From the NCBI GenBank assembly GCA_040755855.1, contig JBFMAD010000005.1, forward strand, positions 96,001 to 160,000: 64,000 nt of DNA, in the 5' to 3' direction. A program made the translations under genes and the position numbers. This document shows, piece after piece, positions 56,964 through 64,000 of the stretch (within the stretch, counting starts at the first letter, position 1; each line of letters starts with the position of its first letter). A model generated the notes under the pieces. The model did no database searches. It had not been told where the DNA came from and saw only the letters and a program-made list of their open reading frames with translations. The DNA is from Planctomycetota bacterium. GTDB lineage: Bacteria > Planctomycetota > Brocadiia > JAADGH01.

Positions 56964-57832
56964 TCGGGAAGCGAGGGGTTGTCGTCCGGTTGCGGCGTCT
57001 CCGCATGGGGAGGTTGGCAGGACGCGGGTTGCGTGGAGCCTTGCGGGGCCTGGAGAAGTCGGGCGAGATGAATGAGTTCACCTTCGGCGCTGTCGGCGAC
57101 ACAGGCCGAGACAATGCCGCCCTGCCGCCAGATGACGACGGCTTTTTTGTCTGCCGAGCCCACCGCGAGGTTGCCCTCGATCCGTGTGGCGTGGGACGAC
57201 GACAGCAACGGCTTGTCGGCCAGCATGAAAAGCGCGAGTGTGCAGGCATGGACCTTCGCGCCGCCAGGCCGGTGATAAATGACGCAGGCGGCGGGCCTTC
57301 CCATCAGATGACATAAGCAGCCGCCCACCAGCTGAAAATGCTCGGCAGCAAGCGATTGCACATGCAACGGAAAACCGAACTTTGCTCGAAAGTATGCTTT
57401 TACGGCTTCAGGATCTTGCGACACAATACTCATTGGCAGCTCATCACGGAGAAACTTACCGTGGCGGTCCGCTGAGGCAAGCATTAACGAGGATTCCGAT
57501 GAAGGAAGAAGCCAGTCGCGGATGGCGTCCCCAGAAAAGGCGAGGACGGCAAATGTGGCAAAGATACCGCCTACGACGAGCATCGCCGCGAGGGGGCGCC
57601 TTCGCGTCTCGCGTCGAGGAAGGGTCTGGCAGATTCGATCCGCCAAGCCTTCGGGCTTCGGCGTTCGCAAAAGGCTGGCGCGGATGAGTTCCCGGAGGTC
57701 CTTCTCCTCCTCAAAGCGCTCGCTGCATTCAGTGCAGAAGTTGATGTGCTCCAGGACGTCTAAGTTTGCTTCGACATCCAACTCATCGTCGAGAAAAGGA
57801 TGGATATACTTCCGCGCCTCTTCACAGTCCAT
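56960..57832 (-). CDS. Zinc-binding anti-sigma factor (zf-HC2, membrane-anchored)
   Basis: MDCEEARKYIHPFLDDEL..HINFCTEC, a TM helix and an extracytoplasmic domain. Confidence 0.88.
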   Translation of the reverse strand: MDCEEARKYIHPFLDDELDVEANLDVLEHINFCTECSERFEEEKDLRELIRASLLRTPKPEGLADRICQTLPRRETRRRPLAAMLVVGGIFATFAVLAFSGDAIRDWLLPSSESSLMLASADRHGKFLRDELPMSIVSQDPEAVKAYFRAKFGFPLHVQSLAAEHFQLVGGCLCHLMGRPAACVIYHRPGGAKVHACTLALFMLADKPLLSSSHATRIEGNLAVGSADKKAVVIWRQGGIVSACVADSAEGELIHLARLLQAPQGSTQPASCQPPHAETPQPDDNPSLPD

Positions 57833-58406
57833 GCTTTCGGTCCTTGACAAAACCGAGGGCCTTGGCGTGCTGCCAGAGGTCCTGCCTCAGCATTCGCCGG
57901 GCCCGATACATCCGCGACATGACCGTCCCTATCGGCGCGCCGGTGATTTCGGCGATCTCCGCGTATGAAAATCCCTCCACGGACGAAAGGAGGAGCACCG
58001 CTCGGAAGTGGGCGGGCAGGCGTTTCAGCGCGCCCGTCAGTCGGTCGTCAATCACCTGGGCGAGGCGGTCCATGTCGAAGGTCGAAATAGCGGCTTCCAT
58101 CTCAGTGTGGGCGGCCTCGCAGACCGATTCAATCTCTTCGAATTCACTCTCCATGCAACGGTTGTTTGTTCGACGCAGGCTGCGCAACCAGGTGCTGTGC
58201 ATCAGGGCGAAAAGCCAGTTCGTGCACGGCATCTGGCGATCCGAAGAAGAGTACGAATGGGAGGCGTGGAAAAGGGTGTCGCGAACGAGTTCCTCCGCGT
58301 CGGAAGATCGTCCGCACAGGTGAAAGGCGAAGGTAAACAGCGCATCAATGTGAGAGACTGCCACGCCCACAAACTCTTCCTGAAGATCTGCATTCATCGC
58401 AATCAA
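57822..58406 (-). CDS. ECF sigma factor
   Basis: Region 4 ALKRLPAHFRAVLLL..FSYAEIAEITGAPIGTVMSRMYRAR; paired with the anti-sigma gene. Confidence 0.9.
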   Translation of the reverse strand: MIAMNADLQEEFVGVAVSHIDALFTFAFHLCGRSSDAEELVRDTLFHASHSYSSSDRQMPCTNWLFALMHSTWLRSLRRTNNRCMESEFEEIESVCEAAHTEMEAAISTFDMDRLAQVIDDRLTGALKRLPAHFRAVLLLSSVEGFSYAEIAEITGAPIGTVMSRMYRARRMLRQDLWQHAKALGFVKDRKHGL

Positions 58407-58457
58407 CCCATCCCTTCGCTGTCTGGATTTTCAACGTTGTCGAGTTGTCTTGCCTGA

Positions 58458-59441
58458 TCACTGCCGCCGGGGCGGAGATTTCTTCGGCCTCGTCGCCGGC
58501 CCCATCGGAATTGGCTCGGACGGAGCGGGACCGGTGTCCCGTTCCTGCAGCGTCTGACGCGGCTCGGGCACGTCCGCGCCGGTCACGCGAATCTCGCCGT
58601 AGCCCTTGTCGGCATAGTCATATTTGAAAAGATCGGTGTTGTTAAAGGTCCGGTTCGGGTGCAGCCCCTTGAGATCGAGTTCGAGTTTTGTGTTGGTCTC
58701 GGGCCAGGTGAGCGTCACCTTGTGGGGCAGCTCATATCGCGTCCGCTCGACGAAATCGGAGAAGACGGCGTCGAGCTTGACCTCGCCGACGTCAGGTTTG
58801 AATAATTGGTGTCGCTCGATATGGAGCGTGGTCCGGTTGATCCAGATCTTTGAATACAACTTGTTTGGATACTCGCCGTTCAATATGGTGACCACATAAT
58901 AGGCGGGGTTCGGCACCTCGACGAAGGTGATCCGGTACTCAAAGCCAGCGTCTCGGCTGAGCTCGGGACAGAGGATTGCAGTAACGATGTCAATCGGGTT
59001 GATGAGCAGGCGCTGTCCGCGATTGTTCAGGGGTTCTTTTAACTTTCCGATGTAGATGCTTTTCTGCTGGTGGTGAATCACCCAGAAATTTTCTCCATCG
59101 CAGAGGGCGTCAATTCGGATGGGGGAGTGGTGCTTGGCCACAGTCAGGCGGATCTGGTTAGGCTTCTGCAATACCAGACTCCCCGTGAGCAACTCGCTGG
59201 CGAAGGGCTGGTTGCGGGCTGAGATCGTGGCGTTTACCGGCTGGGCGGAGAAGTTCTTAAGCACATAGTATCGCTTCTCCAATGCAGCCAGCAGCTCCCC
59301 CGGATTCAGATCCTGGTAGACGAACGCCTGGTCCTCCGGCTCTTGTGGGACGTCATCTTTCACATCTCTCTGTCCGCACCCGCAGGAGAGGATGCTCACG
59401 ACGACAACCATTACCAACAGGATGTAAGAGTCTCTTGCCAT
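58458..59441 (-). CDS. Lipoprotein with LolA/DUF4292-like beta fold
   Basis: Lipobox-like LSCGC; GSLVLQKPNQIRL, CDGENFWV, KIWINR, LPHKVTL. Confidence 0.65.
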   Translation of the reverse strand: MARDSYILLVMVVVVSILSCGCGQRDVKDDVPQEPEDQAFVYQDLNPGELLAALEKRYYVLKNFSAQPVNATISARNQPFASELLTGSLVLQKPNQIRLTVAKHHSPIRIDALCDGENFWVIHHQQKSIYIGKLKEPLNNRGQRLLINPIDIVTAILCPELSRDAGFEYRITFVEVPNPAYYVVTILNGEYPNKLYSKIWINRTTLHIERHQLFKPDVGEVKLDAVFSDFVERTRYELPHKVTLTWPETNTKLELDLKGLHPNRTFNNTDLFKYDYADKGYGEIRVTGADVPEPRQTLQERDTGPAPSEPIPMGPATRPKKSPPRRQ

Positions 59442-59451
59442 TCTGTTGCAC

Positions 59452-60291
59452 CTACTCGGAAAGTTCGTTGAGAACCGAACGGGCATAGACAATATCTCGC
59501 GCCGCCGCCACGTTCGGATCACCCAGGCCGCAATACTCGATCGTTATGGGACCATCGTACCCCGTTTTCTTGAGCGCATCGAGGACTTTAAAAAAGTCAA
59601 TGTCCCCCGATTCAAGGAGCGTGCTGTAGTTGTAAGCTCCGTTCACATTCACGCAATTTTTCAGGTGCGCCAGACCGATCCTCCCCGCCAGCGTTGAGAT
59701 CGCCTGAACGCCGTCCTCAGCGGTTGACGTGGCATACATATTTCCCGGATCGGGATTGGCGAGCACTGCGCGGGAGCCGACCATGTTTAGGAGCTTCAGG
59801 GTGCTGGCCGCCGTATCGTGGAGCGTGTTCATGTGAATCTCGAGCGTCAGCGTCACCCCTTCGCTTTCGGCTTGCGCGCCCAGTTGCCGGAGCGCGGAGG
59901 CGGCGCGTTCATAGTGCTCATCGGTGGCGAGGGCCGAGCCGTTGCGTCCGTAGTCCCTTGGATTCTCCCCCACGAGGCTGCCAACGCCGCCGTTCATGAT
60001 CTGAATGCCGTAATTTCGCACAAGCGAAATCCAGTGGGCGATCTGTTCGACGCTTCGTTTCGCGGCGTCACGGTCGTCCTGGATGAAATTGCCGGGGAAG
60101 TCAATGACGGTGATGTCCACCCCGTGCTTGGCCGCCTTTTCGATAATCTCATCGAGGGACGTCTTGAGATTTGCCGCGTCGAAGTGCTTTCCATTCAATT
60201 CGAGTCCGTCCCATCCGTACTGGGCGGATTTTTTCAGGGCGCGATCGAGGGGATACGCCCGAAAGGTGTAGCTGTGCATGCAGAGCCGCAT
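59452..60291 (-). CDS. Sugar phosphate isomerase/epimerase (AP endonuclease 2 TIM barrel)
   Basis: GWDGLEL, LTLEIH, NPDPGN, AHLKN, GYDGPITIEY; start after GGAGG. Confidence 0.88.
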   Translation of the reverse strand: MRLCMHSYTFRAYPLDRALKKSAQYGWDGLELNGKHFDAANLKTSLDEIIEKAAKHGVDITVIDFPGNFIQDDRDAAKRSVEQIAHWISLVRNYGIQIMNGGVGSLVGENPRDYGRNGSALATDEHYERAASALRQLGAQAESEGVTLTLEIHMNTLHDTAASTLKLLNMVGSRAVLANPDPGNMYATSTAEDGVQAISTLAGRIGLAHLKNCVNVNGAYNYSTLLESGDIDFFKVLDALKKTGYDGPITIEYCGLGDPNVAAARDIVYARSVLNELSE

Positions 60292-60508
60292 GGAACCTCC
60301 GAGAAACCATCGCCGCCTTGGGATGCATATTGCTAAAAAATACTTTAACAGATTATCGCATTGCGCTTCAAGAGAAATTTCTGCCGTCGCGCTTTCCGGG
60401 TCGAGGGAGAAAAGCGTTGGCCCAATGTTTCGCTTGACTTTACTTTCATACTGCGGTAAGAGAGCCGTCTTTGTTTCGGCTCGCATTGAGGGATGAGGGA
60501 GGAAGAAG

Positions 60509-61582
60509 ATGTCCAGGACATGGCGGATTGATGTCAGACCCGAGCCGGCGGCCGAGCCGGTGCGCGTTGTTCTTTTCGGCCTCGGCCCGATTGGGGTTTT
60601 GGCGGGAAGGCTTGTCCATGCAAAGGACGCGTTGAAAATTGTGGGAGCGATTGATATAGACCCAGCAAAGGTTGGGAAGGATGTTGGGGAACTTCTAGGC
60701 GTCGGGCCATTGGGCGTGGCCGTCAGCGACAAGGCGAAGGAAACACTGGCCGATGTTCAGGCGGACATTGCGGTGCAGACCACTAGTTCACACATGCCGA
60801 AGGTCCGATCACAGCTGATGGACATCATCTCGAGCGGAACGAACGTCGTGTCGTCCACCGAGGAACTGCTGTACCCATATCTGCAGTCCGCTGAGGATGC
60901 GGAGCAGATTGACCGCCTGGCGAAAGCGCATGGTGTTACCGTGCTGGGGACGGGTGTGAATCCGGGTTTTGTGATGGACACATTGGTGTTGGTGGCCACC
61001 TTCGCGTGCCGGGATGTGCGTTCCATCAAAGTAACTCGCGTCGTGGACGCGGCGAAGCGGCGCGGGCCATTGCAGAGAAAGGTCGGAGCGGGCATGTCGC
61101 CCGCTGAGTTCCGCGCGGCCGTGGATGCCGGCCGGATGGGACACGTGGGCCTGGTCGAGTCCATCGCGTTTATTGCCAGTGGATTGGGATGGCCGCTGGA
61201 GCGAATTGAAGAGGAGATTGAGCCTGTGGTGGCGGATGCGCTTGTCAAGACGGACTACTTCGAGATCCATCCAGGCCAGGTAAAAGGCATCCACCAGACG
61301 GGCGCAGGCTGGAGGGACGGGCGAAGGGTAATCGAGATGGATCTGCAGATGTTCATGGGACCGGTGGATCCGGGTGACAGGATTCAGGTGTGCGGCGACC
61401 CGGACATGGATATTCGCATTTGCGGCGGAACGCCGGGGGACGTGGCGACGCCGGCGGCGCTTGTGAATGCGATACCGCGCGTAATGGAGGCGCCGCCAGG
61501 TCTCGTGACGATGATGGATATTTCACTTCCTTCCGTTTTGGGAGGGGCGCGGGTTCGCATCGAGGGGCGGCGCGAAAAATAG
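60509..61582 (+). CDS. DapB-like NAD(P)-dependent dehydrogenase (2,4-diaminopentanoate dehydrogenase-like)
   Basis: VVLFGLGPIG, NVVSSTEEL, LGTGVNPGFVMD, GDVAT..VNAIPRV..APPGL. Confidence 0.8.
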   Translation: MSRTWRIDVRPEPAAEPVRVVLFGLGPIGVLAGRLVHAKDALKIVGAIDIDPAKVGKDVGELLGVGPLGVAVSDKAKETLADVQADIAVQTTSSHMPKVRSQLMDIISSGTNVVSSTEELLYPYLQSAEDAEQIDRLAKAHGVTVLGTGVNPGFVMDTLVLVATFACRDVRSIKVTRVVDAAKRRGPLQRKVGAGMSPAEFRAAVDAGRMGHVGLVESIAFIASGLGWPLERIEEEIEPVVADALVKTDYFEIHPGQVKGIHQTGAGWRDGRRVIEMDLQMFMGPVDPGDRIQVCGDPDMDIRICGGTPGDVATPAALVNAIPRVMEAPPGLVTMMDISLPSVLGGARVRIEGRREK

Positions 61583-61687
61583 GGAGCGGATGAGGCGCTT
61601 TTTTACTTGAAAAATCGCACCAATCTGGCATAATAAATGACTTGGGGTGTGGAACACATGCGCATGTGGATGCGCAGGCGCGGGGCG

Positions 61688-61762
61688 GCTAGCGTAGCTC
61701 AATGGTAGAGCAGCTGATTTGTAATCAGCAGGTTGAGGGTTCAAGTCCCTCCGCTAGCTCCA
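61688..61762 (+). tRNA. tRNA-Thr(TGT)
   Basis: GCTAGCGTAGCTCAATGGTAGAGCAGCTGATTTGTAATCAGCAGGTTGAGGGTTCAAGTCCCTCCGCTAGCTCCA. Confidence 0.97.
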
Positions 61763-61802
61763 TATATGATAAGGGGTTGCGATAAGGGGCTTTGAATTGG
61801 GG

Positions 61803-61887
61803 GGGGAGATGTCCGAGCGGTCAAAGGAAGCAGACTGTAAATCTGTTGGCGAAGCCTTCGCAGGTTCGAATCCTGCTCTCCCCACCA
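61803..61887 (+). tRNA. tRNA-Tyr(GTA)
   Basis: GGGGAGATGTCCGAGCGGTCAAAGGAAGCAGACTGTAAATCTG...GGTTCGAATCCTGCTCTCCCCACCA. Confidence 0.97.
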
Positions 61888-61927
61888 ATTTTTTGGATTC
61901 GGAGATCAACGCTAAGACGGACGACAG

Positions 61928-62001
61928 GCGGGCGTAGCTTAATGGTAGAGCCCTGGCCTTCCAAGCCAGCCATGTGGGTTCGATTCCCATCGCCCGCTCC
62001 A
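61928..62001 (+). tRNA. tRNA-Gly(TCC)
   Basis: GCGGGCGTAGCTTAATGGTAGAGCCCTGGCCTTCCAAGCCAG...GGTTCGATTCCCATCGCCCGCTCCA. Confidence 0.97.
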
Positions 62002-62053
62002 CCTGCCACACCGTGCCAAGCCGAAAAATATCTCTCCGATGTGAAAAATATTG

Positions 62054-62082
62054 TTGACAAGTCAACTTATGAATGCTATCAT
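62054..62082 (+). promoter_or_regulatory. Sigma70-type promoter upstream of tRNA-Thr(GGT)-rpmG
   Basis: TTGACA-17 nt-TATCAT. Confidence 0.65.
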
Positions 62083-62180
62083 TATTGACTTGCGACCTTA
62101 GTGCCGCCGCAGCCCGGGATAAAAAGACTGAAATTGCGGCAATCTGCTTTGGGATAGCAGCTTACGCATTTGGACCTTGG

Positions 62181-62253
<73 letters not shown>

Positions 62254-62329
62254 CTGCAGTTTCGGTCGTGATCGAGGGCTGGCGGGAAGGAGGAGGGGGT
62301 CTTGTTTCTGTCTTGGGGAGGAAGGAATC

Positions 62330-62485
62330 GTGCGGGAATATATCTCGCTGGAATGTAAAAAGTGCGGCACACGTAACTACCGCACACCCAGGCAAGTAAA
62401 GAGCGAGCAAAAGAAGAAGCTCGAACTGAAGAAGTACTGCAAAATTTGCCGGGGCCACGTGGTGCATACGGAAAAGCGTAAATAA
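62330..62485 (+). CDS. rpmG: 50S ribosomal protein L33 (zinc-binding form)
   Basis: Not in the ORF track. Manual translation from GTG: MREYISLECKKCGTRNYRTPRQVKSEQKKKLELKKYCKICRGHVVHTEKRK*. Confidence 0.95.
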   Translation: MREYISLECKKCGTRNYRTPRQVKSEQKKKLELKKYCKICRGHVVHTEKRK

Positions 62486-62497
62486 CTTGGTGCGCGT

Positions 62498-62574
62498 AGG
62501 TGCGTAGCTCTAACTGGTAGAGCGTCGGACTCCAAATCCGATGGTTGTGGGTTCGAATCCCTCCGCACCTGCCA
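62498..62574 (+). tRNA. tRNA-Trp(CCA)
   Basis: AGGTGCGTAGCTCTAACTGGTAGAGCGTCGGACTCCAAATCCGA...GGTTCGAATCCCTCCGCACCTGCCA. Confidence 0.96.
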
Positions 62575-62595
62575 GATGACTCACGGGAGCCTTGA

Positions 62596-63054
62596 ATGGG
62601 GTTCACGTTTTACAAAAAGGGCCACGGGAAGTACGCGCGTTGGGTCACGGCGATCAGTTTCGGCGTCATCCTCCTGTTTGGCTGCTGGGAACTCTACGAA
62701 GGATTGGGCGCAGGCGAGGCGCAGAAACCGTGGGAGATAATCGGCGTGGGCGTCACGCGTGACGCACTGACCGCCGCGATGGTTTTCCTCGTCGGGATGG
62801 TGTTCGTGGCCATATTGACCTGCGGCTTTGAATCAAGCATCTGGGGGCTGAGGGGCCTGGGGGCGAGGGGGCGGGCGTTCATTGACTTTCTGATAGACGT
62901 CGAGGCGGAACTGCGAAAGGTGGCTTGGCCGAATCGTCGGGAACTGCTCAACTCGACCTGGGTCGTGATAATCACCATGGTAGTGTTCGCGTTCTTTCTC
63001 GTGGTTATGGATCGGGTGCTTCAGCTGGCAATGCGCAGCCTTGGGGTGCTGTAG
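62596..63054 (+). CDS. secE: Preprotein translocase subunit SecE (long form)
   Basis: FLIDVEAELRKVAWPNRRELLNSTWVVI; located between tRNA-Trp and nusG. Confidence 0.92.
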   Translation: MGFTFYKKGHGKYARWVTAISFGVILLFGCWELYEGLGAGEAQKPWEIIGVGVTRDALTAAMVFLVGMVFVAILTCGFESSIWGLRGLGARGRAFIDFLIDVEAELRKVAWPNRRELLNSTWVVIITMVVFAFFLVVMDRVLQLAMRSLGVL

Positions 63055-63075
63055 AGAATGGATGGTGCGGAAGCC

Positions 63076-63624
63076 ATGCCGAAAAAATGGTTTGTCCTTC
63101 GTGTGCAGTCCGGGAAAGAGGACACGATAAGAAAGAATCTGGAAAAGCGCGTGAAAGCCGCGGGCCTGAATGAGCAGATCGGGCGCGTGCTTGTGCCGAC
63201 GGAGACCGTGGCCGAGATCCGGCGGGGAAAACGCACGGAAAGAAAGCGGAAGAAGTTCCCGGGGTATATCTTTGTCGAGATGGATGCCGAGGAAAAGAAC
63301 CAGGTTCCCGAGAAAAGCTGGTTTCTCATCCGAGAAACGCCGGGGATTGGTGACTTTGTCGGCCCGTCCTCGCGGCCCTCGGCCATGTCGGACCGCGAGG
63401 TGGACAAGATGCTCGGCGAGGAAGATAAGGCCGATGTCACGCCGTCGGTGCCGATCGGCTTCAAGATAGGCGACAGTGTAAAGATAAAGGAAGGCCCCTT
63501 CGAAAACTTTGACGGGATAATTGATGAGGTCTATCCCAACAAGGGCACGGTAAAGGTAATAGTAACGATTTTCGGGCGGGGCACGCCCGTGGAACTTGAA
63601 TACTGGCAGGTTGAGAACGACTAA
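63076..63624 (+). CDS. nusG: Transcription termination/antitermination factor NusG
   Basis: [42 protein letters not shown]. Confidence 0.97.
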   Translation: MPKKWFVLRVQSGKEDTIRKNLEKRVKAAGLNEQIGRVLVPTETVAEIRRGKRTERKRKKFPGYIFVEMDAEEKNQVPEKSWFLIRETPGIGDFVGPSSRPSAMSDREVDKMLGEEDKADVTPSVPIGFKIGDSVKIKEGPFENFDGIIDEVYPNKGTVKVIVTIFGRGTPVELEYWQVEND

Positions 63625-63626
63625 CC

Positions 63627-64000
63627 ATGGCAAAGCCCTTAATGGCAAAAATAAAACTGCAAGTGCCTGGCGGACAGGCCACACCGGCGCCGCCGGTGGG
63701 GCCCGCCCTCGGGCAGCACGGTGTCAATATCGGCGAGTTTGTCAGCCGCTTCAATGCGCAGACAAAGGAAGCCAACGGCATGATCATCCCGGTTGTGATT
63801 TCCGTCTACCAGGATAGATCCTTCGACTTTATCACCAAGTCGCCGCCGGCGGCCGTGCTGCTGAAGAAAGTGGCGAAGAGCACGGAAGGCGGTGAGGGGA
63901 TAGCACAGGGCGCCGCCGAGCCCGGCAAGCAGACCGTCGGCTCGGTGACGCGGTCCCAATTGGAGGAGATCGCAAAGATCAAGATGGCAGACCTGAATGC
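63627..64000 (+). CDS. rplK: 50S ribosomal protein L11 (runs off window end)
   Basis: Manual translation [56 protein letters not shown]. Confidence 0.97.
   Translation, partial: MAKPLMAKIKLQVPGGQATPAPPVGPALGQHGVNIGEFVSRFNAQTKEANGMIIPVVISVYQDRSFDFITKSPPAAVLLKKVAKSTEGGEGIAQGAAEPGKQTVGSVTRSQLEEIAKIKMADLN

Noticed and set aside
59452..60732. 426-aa N-terminally extended isomerase, and similar extensions at 3462, 43623 and 16871
   Set aside because: The extensions overlap neighbouring genes; better starts with an RBS exist downstream.

Overview
GC-rich bacterial chromosomal window, probably from a Planctomycetota/PVC-type organism. This is inferred from repeated MxIEFxC zinc-ribbon proteins, the many secreted glycan-active proteins, a long SecE and the efp-epmA-epmB cluster. 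Core genes are proS, ftsY, nusB, ribH, gmd/rmd, kdgK, epmB-efp-epmA, ald, csrA, seven tRNAs and rpmG-secE-nusG-rplK. They are mixed with many carbohydrate-utilisation genes: GH42-like, GH5-like, GH127, a sialidase-like protein, two (alpha/alpha)6-barrel paralogues and URO-D-family proteins. The strongest candidate for a new system is a two-gene cassette after epmA (49309-51613): an HNH nuclease-TPR-nucleotidyltransferase (MNT) fusion overlapping a HEPN gene, a possible sensor-gated MNT-HEPN toxin-antitoxin or anti-phage module. Other notable items are a 374-bp inverted-repeat-bounded non-coding element with a strong promoter (14639-15012), a lipoprotein built from a phage tail-collar domain, an orphan fragment cassette (44074-46445), two diverged secreted paralogues sharing an exact 20-nt sequence, and a probable CTG start codon for ald. 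No CRISPR array, rRNA, integrase or transposase was seen. All product calls come from motif recognition by eye, with no database searches.
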